A stretch of 64,000 nucleotides of DNA from Microthyrium microscopicum (taxonomy: Eukaryota): the NCBI GenBank assembly GCA_010405405.1, contig MU004232.1, positions 131,540-195,539 of the forward strand, read 5' to 3'. This document shows, in pieces, positions 1-11,921 of this stretch. Numbering within the stretch: the first letter of the stretch is position 1; the number at the start of each line of letters is the position of its first letter. The translations under genes and the position numbers were made by a program. Under the pieces are notes generated by a model. It ran no database searches and was not told the origin of the DNA. It saw only the letters and a program-made list of their open reading frames with translations.

Positions 1-1493
1 TCGTTCGCTTTACTTGTAGCTAGAACAGATCAATAACACTAAGTCAATCAAAGGCGGCGGGATGGGTAGATCCGCATAAATAGAAGGAGCTAAGCAATGG
101 GTTTCCAAGTTTTGGGAAAAGACAACAAAAGTACTACTGTACGCAGTGCACGAGGAGAGACGGCGACGAGGCGTGAGAATAAATATGATTATACCAGAGA
201 AAGCTTAAGATCAAGAGCAAGGTACTTGCAACAAGATCCAATTCCAGGCCATCTAAAAGCTGACACCCGCGGCTAAATCCCGTGCGGCGTGTCAAGTCGT
301 GGATCTCCACTCAAGTTCTCAACACAGAGTCAACAGTAAAGTGTCACGGTCCTTTTCGTCTGTTGCTCCCGTTAACAGCAGGATTTGCAACCTCCAGCAG
401 GCACCCGAAACGATCTATCCTACCTATTCCATCATACACCAGGCGTGCTCGTTAAATCCCTCGCATGTGCCGCTCGATACTGCATACAGACACGGACTTC
501 ATCTCTGGCTTGAAACCATCGCTGTGTGCCCAATCCATGACAGTTGTAAATCCGCTGGCTCGCTTGCTGAGTAGGTCCTAATTATAGCACATCATCTTAA
601 CTTCATCTCATCAGCAAGAGATGCATCGACATCGAATCTCCTGGAATTCCTGTCGCTCATCATATCGAAGGATGTTTGATGGTCAACGCTTAGACTTTTC
701 TTCCTTCTGCGGCTTCCGCTGTCCTCCGGTCTGCAGAAGCCATCTCATGTCGCATCAAGGGTTAACCAGACAACTGGAAATGCCATTTGTCCATCGTCCA
801 CTTACGAACTCGGACCTGGAGGAGCTAGACGCACTATTCACTCAGAATGCGGCACAGTATTCCAGAGAAAAGAGATAAGTGTTATTAACACCACATCCAG
901 TACTTCCTAAGTGATCCGGGAATTTAAGTGTGCTCAAACAGTGATATTTCAATATCTCAGAGGCTTCATTCTGATATCCAGATCTTAGGCTGCATGAACT
1001 TTCTCCTCTATGTACATCCATCAGATACAACGGATACGTGATTTCCCGACGAACTATCCAATAGTTTCTGTTTTTGACGGATTCGTACTCCCAGCAGTAA
1101 CACCAAGTGGCACGATGATTCATGTGATCCATCTTTATGTAGGATTTACAGATTTGATCAACACTTTCCTGTTTGTCTGCCTGGATGGCCGCCATCAGAT
1201 CCCGTCTTCTTGGTACTGCACGCTTCAACTATTTAGAAAATGCACCCGACGGACTGCTGGCAAACGAGGTACTCAAAAAAGTTAGCTTCGATTGTAGCTC
1301 GAAAATGGGTCCGGATAGCTGCATGTAGCTGGCAGATCGCTCGGTCAAGTCTTCAGGATTCTTGAGCCTCAATAAAGCAACAGAAATCGGGCCTTGGTCT
1401 CATACTGTTGCTGTAGAAATGGCTGGTTGGATTTTGAACTTAACGGTATCGTAACTACACCTACCTTAATTTTGTATACAACCAAGAATCATT

Positions 1494-3550
1494 TCATATT
1501 AACTTGAAGACGGCGGTATCAAACGGTTGCCAAATTGACATCAAGTCTTTCAGATCAGGATGCATAGCATCCCATAGACAATCAACATATGCTTCACCAA
1601 GAAAGCGGTATGCTCCCTCCTCGGCAGGCCTAAGTAAAAAGGGGACCACTTCTCCCGTCAGCTCAAATGCGGTGACAAGATCACCTTGTTGCAAATCTTC
1701 CGGCCCAAACCCAAATAATGGAAAAGACCTCTCAGCTGGTTCCTCTGTCCCCATTCTCTGGCGAAAACTGGTTTCATCGGCAGCATATCCATTTACACAA
1801 GACTCCCACTCTGTTGCTATTGATCGACAAGGGAATCCTGTGAACAATCGCCTACTATTCATAGTTCTACTCACTCTGTCGAGAAACTGCTTGACAGAAG
1901 TCAGATCTTGTTGCTGCATTTTGACTGGAGAATGCATCATTGACAAAAGTACAGTAAACGCTTCGAAGAGAGGTTTTGTTAGAGCTGTAGGGGCACCTGG
2001 ATATCTCGCTGTACACCAATAGTTGTTATTGGTCCTTCTAGGATCAAAGAGATCTCTGCTATCTTCACGAGTGAGGATTCCACAGACCATAGCCATGATG
2101 ATGTCGTCAGTTGCATCAAGTCGCTTTCCCACGTTCCGCTTAACGAAATTGACGCAGTCAAAAATCCAATATATTATGTTTCGAGAGGTTGGGCAGCTCT
2201 CTGCATTCGGACCAATGGGCCCGAGGTCTTCGACGCGCACGCAGGTAGACTTAGCATGACCAGCAATCGCCTCGTGAATACCTAGGTAGCACGTATATCA
2301 ACACCGAATGTCAAAGTTGTACCATTATGGCATTGCAAGTCAAAAGGGAGGCAATCAAAGCCATATTCGGTTTCTCGCGAGGCTCTTTCTGCATGTCGCC
2401 TATTCCTAGACCTGAGATCTGGTACCCACGACGGCAATATGTGCTCTTGGCTGTACAGCACACGCCTCTCACTTGCATCAGTTACGGTCGCGACAAGTCC
2501 ACCTTTACTAGACGTCAGTCTCTCCAGGGCAAACATACAGTAGACTTCGTTGACTGACAGCGAATAATCGGCGTTGATGGTCATGGTCTTTGATGTGCGC
2601 TCTTTTCTCTTTTCAGCATTACTAAAATGTTTTGCCGTAGTATCATAAGGGCCCGCTCGAACATCGGTTGCAAGCCCAGCAAGTGCAAATAGTCTGTCTC
2701 TCTGGTCTGAACAGTCAAAATGATGAAATGCGTCCAGAAGTTCCAAGAGCCCACAGCCTTCTTGTGTTCCATCTAACAGTGACCAATTTCTCCACAGTTG
2801 GATCATTTTCACCACAGAACCGAAAGCAGCAGGCCTAGGGATACTATCATCAAGACCCCTTGCCGAAACCTCGAGCGCCAGGACGAATCTAATCCATGAT
2901 AACTCAGCTGACCCACAATGAAGGATGATGTCCGGATTTAGAGTCACCTCCTGGATGATCCAACGTCGACTGAACCATGGGAGGCCAATAAACGTCCAAA
3001 CCAGCTCCAGATCTTGTGAGTTTGGAGATCCGGCTTTTGATACTGCGTTCGTTATCACTTCTTCCTTATACTGTCCATCAGTATAACCCCAGCTGATGGA
3101 ATTAATGCGCGATAGGCGACCAAGCAAAGCCATCGCGATCGAACCAGTGCCTTCGTCATTGCCCAGCCATACCAGGACTCTTGCAGCATTCTGATAGATT
3201 CGTGCCATGAGCGCAATTTGGCTGCTTTTCTCCGCAAGGTCGGACTGATTGATGCTGACTAGATCGGCCCAGAGGTATCTCGAACGATCACTAAGGCGAA
3301 ATCTAGCCAGTGCACTCTCCAGATTCTGTGTGATCGGGAATATTGATCCATCGTCACAGAAAAGCTGATGGGAAAAGACTGGCTGCCCCCACGTGTATGA
3401 AATGGCCTCGTAATCAGGTATTGTATCAGCGTCGAGCTTTGCCTGCTTTATTGAGCAAATGAGAGGCGATGATCGGTCCGCTGACTGATGTAAGACGATG
3501 AGACGAATGTGCTAATCGGACCCTAGAGGAGCGTATTGGTGGTTCGCCAT
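1494..3550 (-). pseudogene. HET-domain (heterokaryon incompatibility, HET-6-like) gene with an in-frame premature stop
   Basis: ATG at 3550 gives MANHQYAPLGSD*HIRLIVL (TAG at 3514-3512). The same frame continues through YEAISYTWG, ITQNLESAL, YLWADLVSINQSD..EK..QI.LMARIYQNAARVLVWLG, PWFSRRWIIQEV and DCSDQRDRLFALAGL. The HET C-terminal block (GP..LQQGD..PFLLRP..YRFLGEAYV) lies in ORF 1494-2240 in another frame, joined by a weak 41-nt intron (2322-2282) or a frameshift. Confidence 0.8.
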
Positions 3551-4528
3551 TTCGTTATCCCGTGGCCATCAACACGTGGGGGTTCAAGTGGTCCAGCTAT
3601 GCCTGTATTGCTGTACCTGTCACGACAGCAGCGGGATTCGTATATCGTGTTCGTGAAACAACCGAGGCTGTCTAATTTCACAAGACAGTATTGTCCTAAC
3701 AGACGACTTGGAGAAGCTCCGGTTAATTCAGCCTAATATGCTGTTCCAAGGTGGTAAGAAATGGTGGTTGCAGACGTTAGTGCGAGCTGTGCGTTGATTG
3801 CCAGATCGATAACATCCAGATAGTAGATTTGCGAGAGAGTCTGTAACTTACAGTGATTCCCGATGAGGAAAGTTGCCATGACCCGGATTTCGAAGCAAGA
3901 GTGATGCTGCGCCTTGGGAGGCCATGCAGCCTGAATCGTGCATATGCACCACCTTGCTTCACCTGACCAGAGATTTTGGCATAAAAAGCTGAGTATAGAT
4001 ATTCGAGTTATTTTGGAGCATGCTATTCTCAACGTTAGTGTCAAGTGTGTTATCTGTATGTCTGATTCTAGAGATGTAGTCTAGTCTGGCAAAATACGGG
4101 TGGGTCAAATATCAAGAACTTACAATACGAAGAGTATAACCCAGCGATGGTATCGAAGGGTACCTGCTAGCAGTGAGGCTGAGCAGCGGTTCTGGTCTGC
4201 CTTGCATAACATCATCTTCAAGAACATACCGTGCCACCTACATGCTTCAGAGACTGGAGCACTTTGCGGCCTTCAACTTACTCGGCTGGATTTTTCTCAG
4301 AGGAACTTGGAGGATCGTCCCAACTCCTTGCTGCTGTATGCGGATGCACATCTTTCAAGGCAACAACTTAAGGCAAAGAAAGGTTTGCCAGGCCCACAAA
4401 ACTCCACACCTTCTACGGCAGTCAAGCCGCATTTCGATTGCCGATGAGGATTGAGATTTGATCCTTGCTGCACTTCAGTCGCTTTTCTTTAGATTACTAC
4501 TGTCATATCAAACTTAATAAAGGTTAGG

Positions 4529-6963
4529 ATGGCAAAAGAAAGACTTCGCTTGCGTCTTGGCAGATTCCATGATGCATTTTCAAGGTACGTTGTTTGAAGA
4601 CCATTGGACTCCTCTTACTAAGATCCAAAAGTTCCGTCAGCTTTTTGAAAGGCACGTCAGATACAGCACTGTGCAGTCAGTGTGCTAAGCTGGACTTGGA
4701 AGACCTTCTTGATGGTTCAAGGACCCCGTTCCTGTATGAGGAAATACCTCTTGGTTCTCTGGGTTCTATATCAACACGGAAAAGGATCTGCGTATTCTGC
4801 CGAGCCATTTCTGAGGCTTTTAGTCCACCCAAACCCAACAAAGATTACGACGTGGGACAATGCTTTATTATGCCAGTCTTGTTCTGTCAGTGCCAAAATC
4901 AAACGTCTTCGGGCCGGCTATCCCACTTTTGCAATCGGCACATAGAGCTTGCTGTGACATTGAAAAGGGAAGGGCCCGAAATAAGCGAGATCAATTTCCG
5001 GGTATATCGAGGGTCGATGATGGACCAGAGAGCCAACGATCGATACGGCAGCCAGTTATTGGAGGTCAACGATCGCAGATACTGTGGGGCGAGAGCTACA
5101 GGCACGAAGGTTGACTATGACCTAATTCGCTACTGGATCAGTGCTTGCGAATCAAATCATGATGAAGACTGCAACCATTCCATCTGGCCTGGGCTACCTG
5201 AGCAACATACAAACTTCCTGGTGATTGACGTCGAGCTGCGTTGTGTAGTACCAGCACCGCCTGATTGCCAATTTGTGGCTCTATCCTATGTATGGGGTAA
5301 AGATATCAAGGCACTAAAAAGGCTTACTACTGCGAATTACAAAGAACTTTGTAAGCCTGGAGGCCTGCTCAAGTCAGAGATACCAGGTACGATCTGGGAT
5401 GCTTTGGACGTGACAGAAAATATAGGGCAGAAATACTGCTGGGTAGATGCGCTCTGCATCGTACAGGATGATCCTATTCAGCAAGGAGAACAGATCTTTC
5501 GAATGGGTGAGATATATTCTAGAGCATCCCTCACTATCATCGCTGCTTCTGGAGAAAACGCTTCAGCTGGACTACCAGGTGTTCAAAATCGGCCGAGAAG
5601 CGAGTTGTCCCAAGAAGTAATAAAAGTTGGCTCTTTACAGCTCTTGAGAGCTCGACCCTGGGAAAAATCCCCGTTGTTTCTGAACGTCAAACGCGGGACA
5701 TGGATGACTCGCGGCTGGACGTATCAGGAAGCTTTATTTTCTCGTCGACTCCTGATATTTGACGATGATGTGGTGTTTTGGAGTTGCCGACAAGCGCATT
5801 GGTCTGAGAATATGATCTTAGAAGTACAAGAACCCAATTTCGAGCCCGAAGTTATTTGGTTCCAACTTGCACGCCTTGATAACCGGCTACTAATGAAGGA
5901 ACCAGCCGCCAATGACACTGAAGAGTCTATCTTCCAGGAAGATGACTCGAAACAACATAAGAGAGAACAGCTGTGGATGCAGTACTCAGAGCTTCTGCGA
6001 GAGTATACGAGACGTGCTTTGTCTGATTATTCTGATTCTCTGAACGCTTTCTCAGGTCTCACTCGAGCTTTGAGTCTGAAGTATGGTGATGAGTTTATCT
6101 GGGGCTTACCGAGATCACACTTTGCCGAAGCACTGCTCTGGGAGAGATATGCCGTGACACAGAGCAACTGCTCCCAGACGACAGTTACACCCAATGGAGA
6201 TATCTGCCAACTTCCCTTGCCGTCTTGGAGCTGGGCAGCTTGGAAATCCATATCAGACGACGGCGCTTACGGCGTTTATTCCTACCCACGCAGGCTGCTA
6301 AGCTGTCCGATTGCGATATACAGTGTTTTGACGGACGGGAGTAATTATGAGATTATAAATGCCAGAGATTATGTGCTCACAAGTGAGTCCTCAAAATTGG
6401 GCCCCGATTGGCTTCATACGCCGCGTGAGTTACCAAAATTGAGCGATTCGGGGACACATTCTGGACGACTAAAGTTCTGGACTAGTTCCGCTTGTGTTTA
6501 TTACGTTTGCAAGGTCTCGTCTCGTATGCAAACCTCCTATAAAGTACTATCATTAGACGGGCGTGCTCTCTGCGTAACACAGTTAGCCACGCGGGACCTG
6601 TATCATATCAGAGATCAATTACCGCAAACTGCTGTCCTCGATCACCAGATACCCTTCGCAGTCAAGAATTCAGCTTTCATACGAGGAAAAAAGATGTCAA
6701 CAAAGGAGATTCATTGTACTATAATAGAAGTAATAATTATTCATCGGACTGAATATCTTGAACACCTGCGACTTAATGGCAAACCGAGCGGAAAGATCTC
6801 TTACCTGGCTAATGGCAAACCGGGCAGAAAGGTCTCTTACCTGGCTGGATTAATTGTAACTTGGGAAGATGGAATCGCCTATCGTGAAGGACCGATAGAA
6901 ATTCGAGAGGAGGATTGGATCTCCCTCAAAAATCGAGAATGGAAGCTTGTAATTCTAGGATAG
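4529..6963 (+). CDS. HET-domain protein (TOL-like type)
   Basis: Motifs FVALSYVWG, IPGTIWDAL, YCWVDALCIVQDD, MGEIYSRASLTIIAA, WMTRGWTYQE, YTRRALS..DSLNAFSG and PSWSWAAW. Likely exon 1 is 4529-4584, followed by an intron GTACGT..CTAAG..AG starting at 4585 (acceptor at 4631 or 4640, both in frame). Confidence 0.9.
6775..6846 (+). repeat. 36-bp tandem duplication inside the HET gene (NGKPSGKISYLA / NGKPGRKVSYLA)
   Basis: aatggcaaaccgagcggaaagatctcttacctggct is directly followed by aatggcaaaccgggcagaaaggtctcttacctggct. Confidence 0.9.
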
Positions 6964-7263
6964 GGATGATCTTGAGTTTACTTACCTGGCATCAAAGATA
7001 ATGAATCTAGGCTCTCTTCTTTAAGAATCGATCTATGTCAGCTCAGTGACAGAAAATAGTGATATTCGTTCATATTAGATTAAGTAAGTCTATCATCAAA
7101 ACCCGTGTAACATAAGACGGGCCAGGTCAAATCATGTCATGTACAACATAAAGCCCCAGTTTCCGCGCAAAACCCCAGCATTCCTAAGCCCCTTTTCCTG
7201 GGATGCAATCACAACTCCTGACACCATACCATCATTATCATCAAAAGCACTTTTCTTCGCTGT

Positions 7264-8007
7264 TTAGCAATCATACTGCAAATACAGTCCATCCTGCCCC
7301 GTCTGAGCAAGCTTCACATTCCCCTGATCCCTCAGCGAAATCTTGAAAGCAAGGAGTTCATGATTCTCAATTCCGGCCGCAGTAATGATATGCGTCTGTG
7401 GAAGCGGATAGCTCTTCGTGTCACCCCAAGCGCCAAACCCTGCACCGCCAACTGTTGGATTTGACGGATCTATTGCGGCGGTGACAGCGTCTGAGGTTAG
7501 TGGGAGGGTGGTGAAGTCGAGTTTGGCTGGGTCTAGGAGGTAGACTTCGCCTGTTGCGCTGCCGATGGTGACGAATTCGGTGATGCTTTTGCTGGCGGCC
7601 CAGCCCATGCCGATTTTTGTGGCTGTTGATGGGACGTTGGCGAATGTGAAGACTTGCTCGGTGTGTGAGTTTGTGGAAGTCGTGTTTTCAACATGAAGGT
7701 TGGTGCTGTCGGGGTTGTCTACGCCGATTGTGTACATGGTTGGACTGAATTGCTTGAAAGCTTTGGTTCCTGGACTACATGTCGACTGAGATACGCCTGT
7801 ATTGGTAGATGGGGTTGATTGGCCGTCTGGACAGCCAGATGTGAGAGCGCAGGGATCCACAGAGCAGCAGCCGTGGAAGTTGTTCAGCGAACAGACGTAG
7901 AATTGTGATGAAGCGTCACAGCTATTTTCTTGTGGAGTTGGGAGGGCATGAGTGAGAGCCAGTAAACAGGAAGAAGCCCCAAGAACTGAGTTGACCGAAA
8001 AGCGCAT
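7264..8007 (-). CDS. Secreted protein with an N-terminal Cys-rich module (FYVC..NNFHGCCSVDPC) and a beta-rich C-terminal domain
   Basis: Intronless 247-aa ORF with signal peptide MRFSVNSVLGASSCLLALTHA|LP, clustered cysteines and a Ser/Thr-rich linker. Confidence 0.8.
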   Translation of the reverse strand: MRFSVNSVLGASSCLLALTHALPTPQENSCDASSQFYVCSLNNFHGCCSVDPCALTSGCPDGQSTPSTNTGVSQSTCSPGTKAFKQFSPTMYTIGVDNPDSTNLHVENTTSTNSHTEQVFTFANVPSTATKIGMGWAASKSITEFVTIGSATGEVYLLDPAKLDFTTLPLTSDAVTAAIDPSNPTVGGAGFGAWGDTKSYPLPQTHIITAAGIENHELLAFKISLRDQGNVKLAQTGQDGLYLQYDC

Positions 8008-9299
8008 AATGAGCTATGGTGAGGCTCGTGAAAGTTAGGATATGGCACGGCTTTTGAAGGTATTTGAAGGTTAAATTCTGACGTGTGAAAGCCTAATTTC
8101 TGATATTGGGAGTGTTTCTTGATTTCAAAATGCTGAAATAACCATGGATATCAGGGACCATTTATACCTGGAACAGGCACAGGTATTTCAAGGTTGTTGC
8201 CCTTCAGAAAAGAGAGTAGCAAGCCAGCAAACCTCCCAACAGTGGCTGGCGATTTGAGGTCCATGCGGTGCCTCCAGATCTATCTCGGTGGTGCAACTTC
8301 AAATTACTGGGCATCACACGGAAGGCTTAGCAATGAAGCAAACTGCAGTCATTAAACCTGTTGCGTGGAATTCTTGGGGTCATGTTGTACGCTCGTGTTT
8401 GCATATTCCGTTCTATTTTCGGGCTTGCTGATCGTAGCGAATCATGAACAAACCAACATTATTTCTAAAGTCTGTGCCGTACACCACGAGAGCGCCTACA
8501 TGCACGATTTCAAGATTGAGGCTCAGAGCAATCTATAATCAATGCGTCAATCGAACGACCGAAGAACAATCATTAGCCCAAGGATTTCAGGCTGGATGAG
8601 AGACTATTGAAGTGTCTGGCGATCCAAGCTGTGTATCCTTCCACTACATCGCCGTACTTAACAACGCCCTCTTATTTTTATTTAAACCAGCCAACCAATT
8701 GTATTCGGAACTCACCTATAAAGTAGGTGGTGGGGAAATATAAGATTTAATTAATGCCCATTGGGACCCATATTTAAGTAATAGAGATGCGATGTGATTG
8801 GTTGAATGGCTGAAATAAGAGAGTGCAGGGGTATGGAATAAACTCTTGTTGGTTGAAATCATAAAGTGCACCTTAGCAATGATAGGTAATATTCATAATT
8901 GCAGTATTGGAGGTTAACAGTTCGACCGTTATGTCTCACTTGCTATCTTCAAAATTGGCCTAGAACTCTCGTGGTAGCCTTCTTACGCCTTCTGCAAGAA
9001 ACACAAGGCTGGCTTGCTGGTCGATTTAAAAGTGGAGCCTTTTCCCTACCACCATACATCGGAACATAACTGATACCACGATAACTCTCGCATTTGTCGT
9101 TATGCGATCAGATTGGAAATATACAATCTTACTATATTGTGTTATTCGACCATAAAATAAACGTGTAAAGTTGTGTGCGCGTAATTCTTGGCCATTGATT
9201 GGAAAGGATGGCATCAAAGTGAACGCTCAGAAGTTCAGAACACAACAAATCCATTGATCTATGATTCTGTATATACCCAACTGTACAGGACGAAGACAT

Positions 9300-11921
9300 T
9301 TAGTACTCCGCGAGTCTCAACCGCCTTCCAATATTCCTTTTATGTGACTCCTTACCATCATTTTCACTCTCTTTATTCGCCTTGAGCGCAGACAAGAGAA
9401 TCCCAGCATCAAAGAAGCCATCTGCGAAAATAATTAGCACTCTCCTCATGACTTTCGTCACTTTGATAGAGTAAAACTTACAGCCTCCAAGTCCCTCCTC
9501 ATCACTTTCCATGATACTATCAGTAGGCGTTGTGATCTTCTCCCTCTCTTTGCCCGCCTCAAAAATATTTCGTCCCCGACTCTTCACCCTGCCCTTAATG
9601 CCAGGTCTTTCCTCCAATTCTCTTGCTCGACTAACAGTCTTGTCAGCAGCAGACGCACCTCGTTTACGAGTGGCGCGGAGAAGACGGCGTATTTCGAGGA
9701 AATAGGCCTCCATGGCAGAAACGAAACGTGCTGTTTGTCGGTGTTTGGAGGACGCGCAGATGGAGAGTGTGTTATCTTTGATGATGTACCCGAGACCGAA
9801 ACCGCTGCCTGATGTAGGACCAAAACCAAAGTGCCGGAGTGAGGGATTACCGCAGTTGGATGTGGAGAGGACGGTGTTGTTGATCTTGTCCCAGCCGGAG
9901 TCGAAGAAAAGTGGTGGCATATTTGAGGAGACATGGGCTTGATTGCTGCTGGTTGAAGCGCTAGATGGGGAGCGGGCGGAACGGACATTAAGGCCTTCTT
10001 GTTTGAGTTGCTCGGCTTCTTTTGATGGTTGGCTTTGGGATGAAGATGGCTGCAAGACAGGTGAAGTGGCGCCGTTGGAGTGGCCATTTGATGCGCCGTC
10101 TGAGGCGACATCGCCTGCACTGCTTCCATAGTCGTAGAATTCTTCATCGACGCCACGCTGCCACATGCAGTAGAGAGCATATAGATGTCGATCGTGGCCA
10201 TGTCCTTTGGCACACTCTCGTGTGATAGCGGTGTGTTTCTCACAGGCTTTGCGAAGCATATCAACTTTTTGCTCAGCAGGATTGTCACCCCAAAAAGTCT
10301 TGACAAACGTCATGCTCTCGTCAGTCACAGAACGAATGGCTTCTGTGCGGCCGTGATAGAAGCCCTTTGTCATAGCCGGCTCATAAACGGATTCCATTTG
10401 ACCGTACAAGCCAAAGTATGCAGCCTGGAAAGCCATCTGCACGAAAGCATCCGGTGACATTCCCATGCTTGTAATAAAGTTTTTGCCATATGACTCAAAT
10501 TCCAGGGTCGCAAATTCATTCTGGCCGATCAAATCTGCCAATCGAGTCTCAGCAAATCTTAATGCTGTCACGAGTTCTGGAACTAGTGTCCATTCGAGTT
10601 TGTGAGGAGTTGTATGTACATCTCCAAAGCTTGCTGGATCACGTTTTGCTGGATCCGGGCTGTTGGTTGCCCATAGAGATGGAGCTTGTCCATTAATTGT
10701 ACGAGCAAATCGCAGAATAGTGTCCGTGTAAATGTCAGAAGCGAATCGAAGGACTGTATGACCGTCAACGCCGGTATGCTCGAAGTTGATACCAGCGGAA
10801 CCATTTTTGCAGACAATGATTTGAAGCTTGTCGTACCATCGATTCATGCAAGTGCCAACTTGGACACCCCTTTCAATCCTAGAAGTTCCGCAAAGCATAT
10901 TCATACATAGATCATCGGTTGTGGTTGGCTCGGTATAATCCAGACATAAAATAAAAAGGGATGAATCCACAATATTCAAACAATCCGAATTGTTGGAACC
11001 AGGTTCACGTTGAAGGATTTCCCGCAGAGCAGACCAATTCTTGCGGTTTTCTGTGCTGAGAATTCCTAGCGCTCCCTTTGCAGCATCTTGAACGGGTACT
11101 TCGGATGCGTCTTCGACTATCGCTTCCAGATTGACACCAATGTCCTTTTCAGTCATAATCAGATCCGAGTTGTCGTCAAGGACATCAAACCAGTAGAATT
11201 GCCCATGGCAAAGAACCACCAGATGTTTTGATTCGGCATCTTGTGCAATTTGGCAGCCATGCTCTGTTGGTATTCGAGCCGTTCCAAACATCCTAGAGTA
11301 TTGATACATGTCCAAAGGAATATTACGAACTTTATCAGGTTGCAGTTCCTCGCGACGAACAGCCCGAATGAAAGAGAGGGCTGAAACGACAAGGCTGGCC
11401 GCTCTTGTTACTTGATTGTTGCGGGCGGGAGTTGGGTCATCTTCGAGGAGGAAAAAAGGATTCAGGTTCAGGACAACAGGATTATCAAAGTTGAGATACG
11501 AGTCGTACCCTTTTCTTATGTTAGCTAAGCTTTGATACGTGATGGCATGATACTCACAAAACTGTTCAATGTAGTTTGCCTTTCCTTCTGCATACTTCTT
11601 CAGCTTCTCTTGAAGCTTAACACCTTCGAATCTGAGGAACTCTTTGACTGCAACTCTGCTGTCCGAATGTTCTTTTGGTGATTGAAGCGGCCTCAATGAG
11701 TCCAGATACTTGTGTATGGTTGCTTCCAAGTCAGGAACAGGTAGCTTAGGAAGCTGATCTTGGAACGCGTAAGTGATCCCTTTCTTCTTCTCAGACGTTG
11801 ACCTTGGCGGCGAAGCCGGTTGGGTATCGCTAGGTGCCATTGTGCCTTGGCTGTCTGATTTTGATACTACTGCCAGTTTTCGATCTAGCGAGCTTGGTTG
11901 GGTGAATGTTCTAATCGCCAT
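9300..11921 (-). CDS. YAT1: Carnitine O-acetyltransferase (Yat1/FacC type)
   Basis: Motifs LPKLPVPDL, NRWYDK, catalytic FEHTGVDG, SPDAFVQMAFQ, GRTEAIR and GHGHDRHL. In-frame introns at 11557-11510 and 9481-9422; splicing restores EQFWYDSY and GGYGFFDAG. The start Met is uncertain (11921 or 11840). Confidence 0.92.
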   Translation of the reverse strand: MAIRTFTQPSSLDRKLAVVSKSDSQGTMAPSDTQPASPPRSTSEKKKGITYAFQDQLPKLPVPDLEATIHKYLDSLRPLQSPKEHSDSRVAVKEFLRFEGVKLQEKLKKYAEGKANYIEQFCEYHAITYQSLANIRKGYDSYLNFDNPVVLNLNPFFLLEDDPTPARNNQVTRAASLVVSALSFIRAVRREELQPDKVRNIPLDMYQYSRMFGTARIPTEHGCQIAQDAESKHLVVLCHGQFYWFDVLDDNSDLIMTEKDIGVNLEAIVEDASEVPVQDAAKGALGILSTENRKNWSALREILQREPGSNNSDCLNIVDSSLFILCLDYTEPTTTDDLCMNMLCGTSRIERGVQVGTCMNRWYDKLQIIVCKNGSAGINFEHTGVDGHTVLRFASDIYTDTILRFARTINGQAPSLWATNSPDPAKRDPASFGDVHTTPHKLEWTLVPELVTALRFAETRLADLIGQNEFATLEFESYGKNFITSMGMSPDAFVQMAFQAAYFGLYGQMESVYEPAMTKGFYHGRTEAIRSVTDESMTFVKTFWGDNPAEQKVDMLRKACEKHTAITRECAKGHGHDRHLYALYCMWQRGVDEEFYDYGSSAGDVASDGASNGHSNGATSPVLQPSSSQSQPSKEAEQLKQEGLNVRSARSPSSASTSSNQAHVSSNMPPLFFDSGWDKINNTVLSTSNCGNPSLRHFGFGPTSGSGFGLGYIIKDNTLSICASSKHRQTARFVSAMEAYFLEIRRLLRATRKRGASAADKTVSRARELEERPGIKGRVKSRGRNIFEAGKEREKITTPTDSIMESDEEGLGGCKFYSIKVTKVMRRVLIIFADGFFDAGILLSALKANKESENDGKESHKRNIGRRLRLAEY

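Noticed and set aside
299..1490. Short ORFs on both strands at the left end
   Set aside because: No recognisable motifs, and I could not build a convincing spliced model.
9422..11557. Apparent insertions in YAT1 (and in MAU2 at 24932-24982)
   Set aside because: These are ordinary stop-free introns with lengths divisible by 3 and canonical splice signals.
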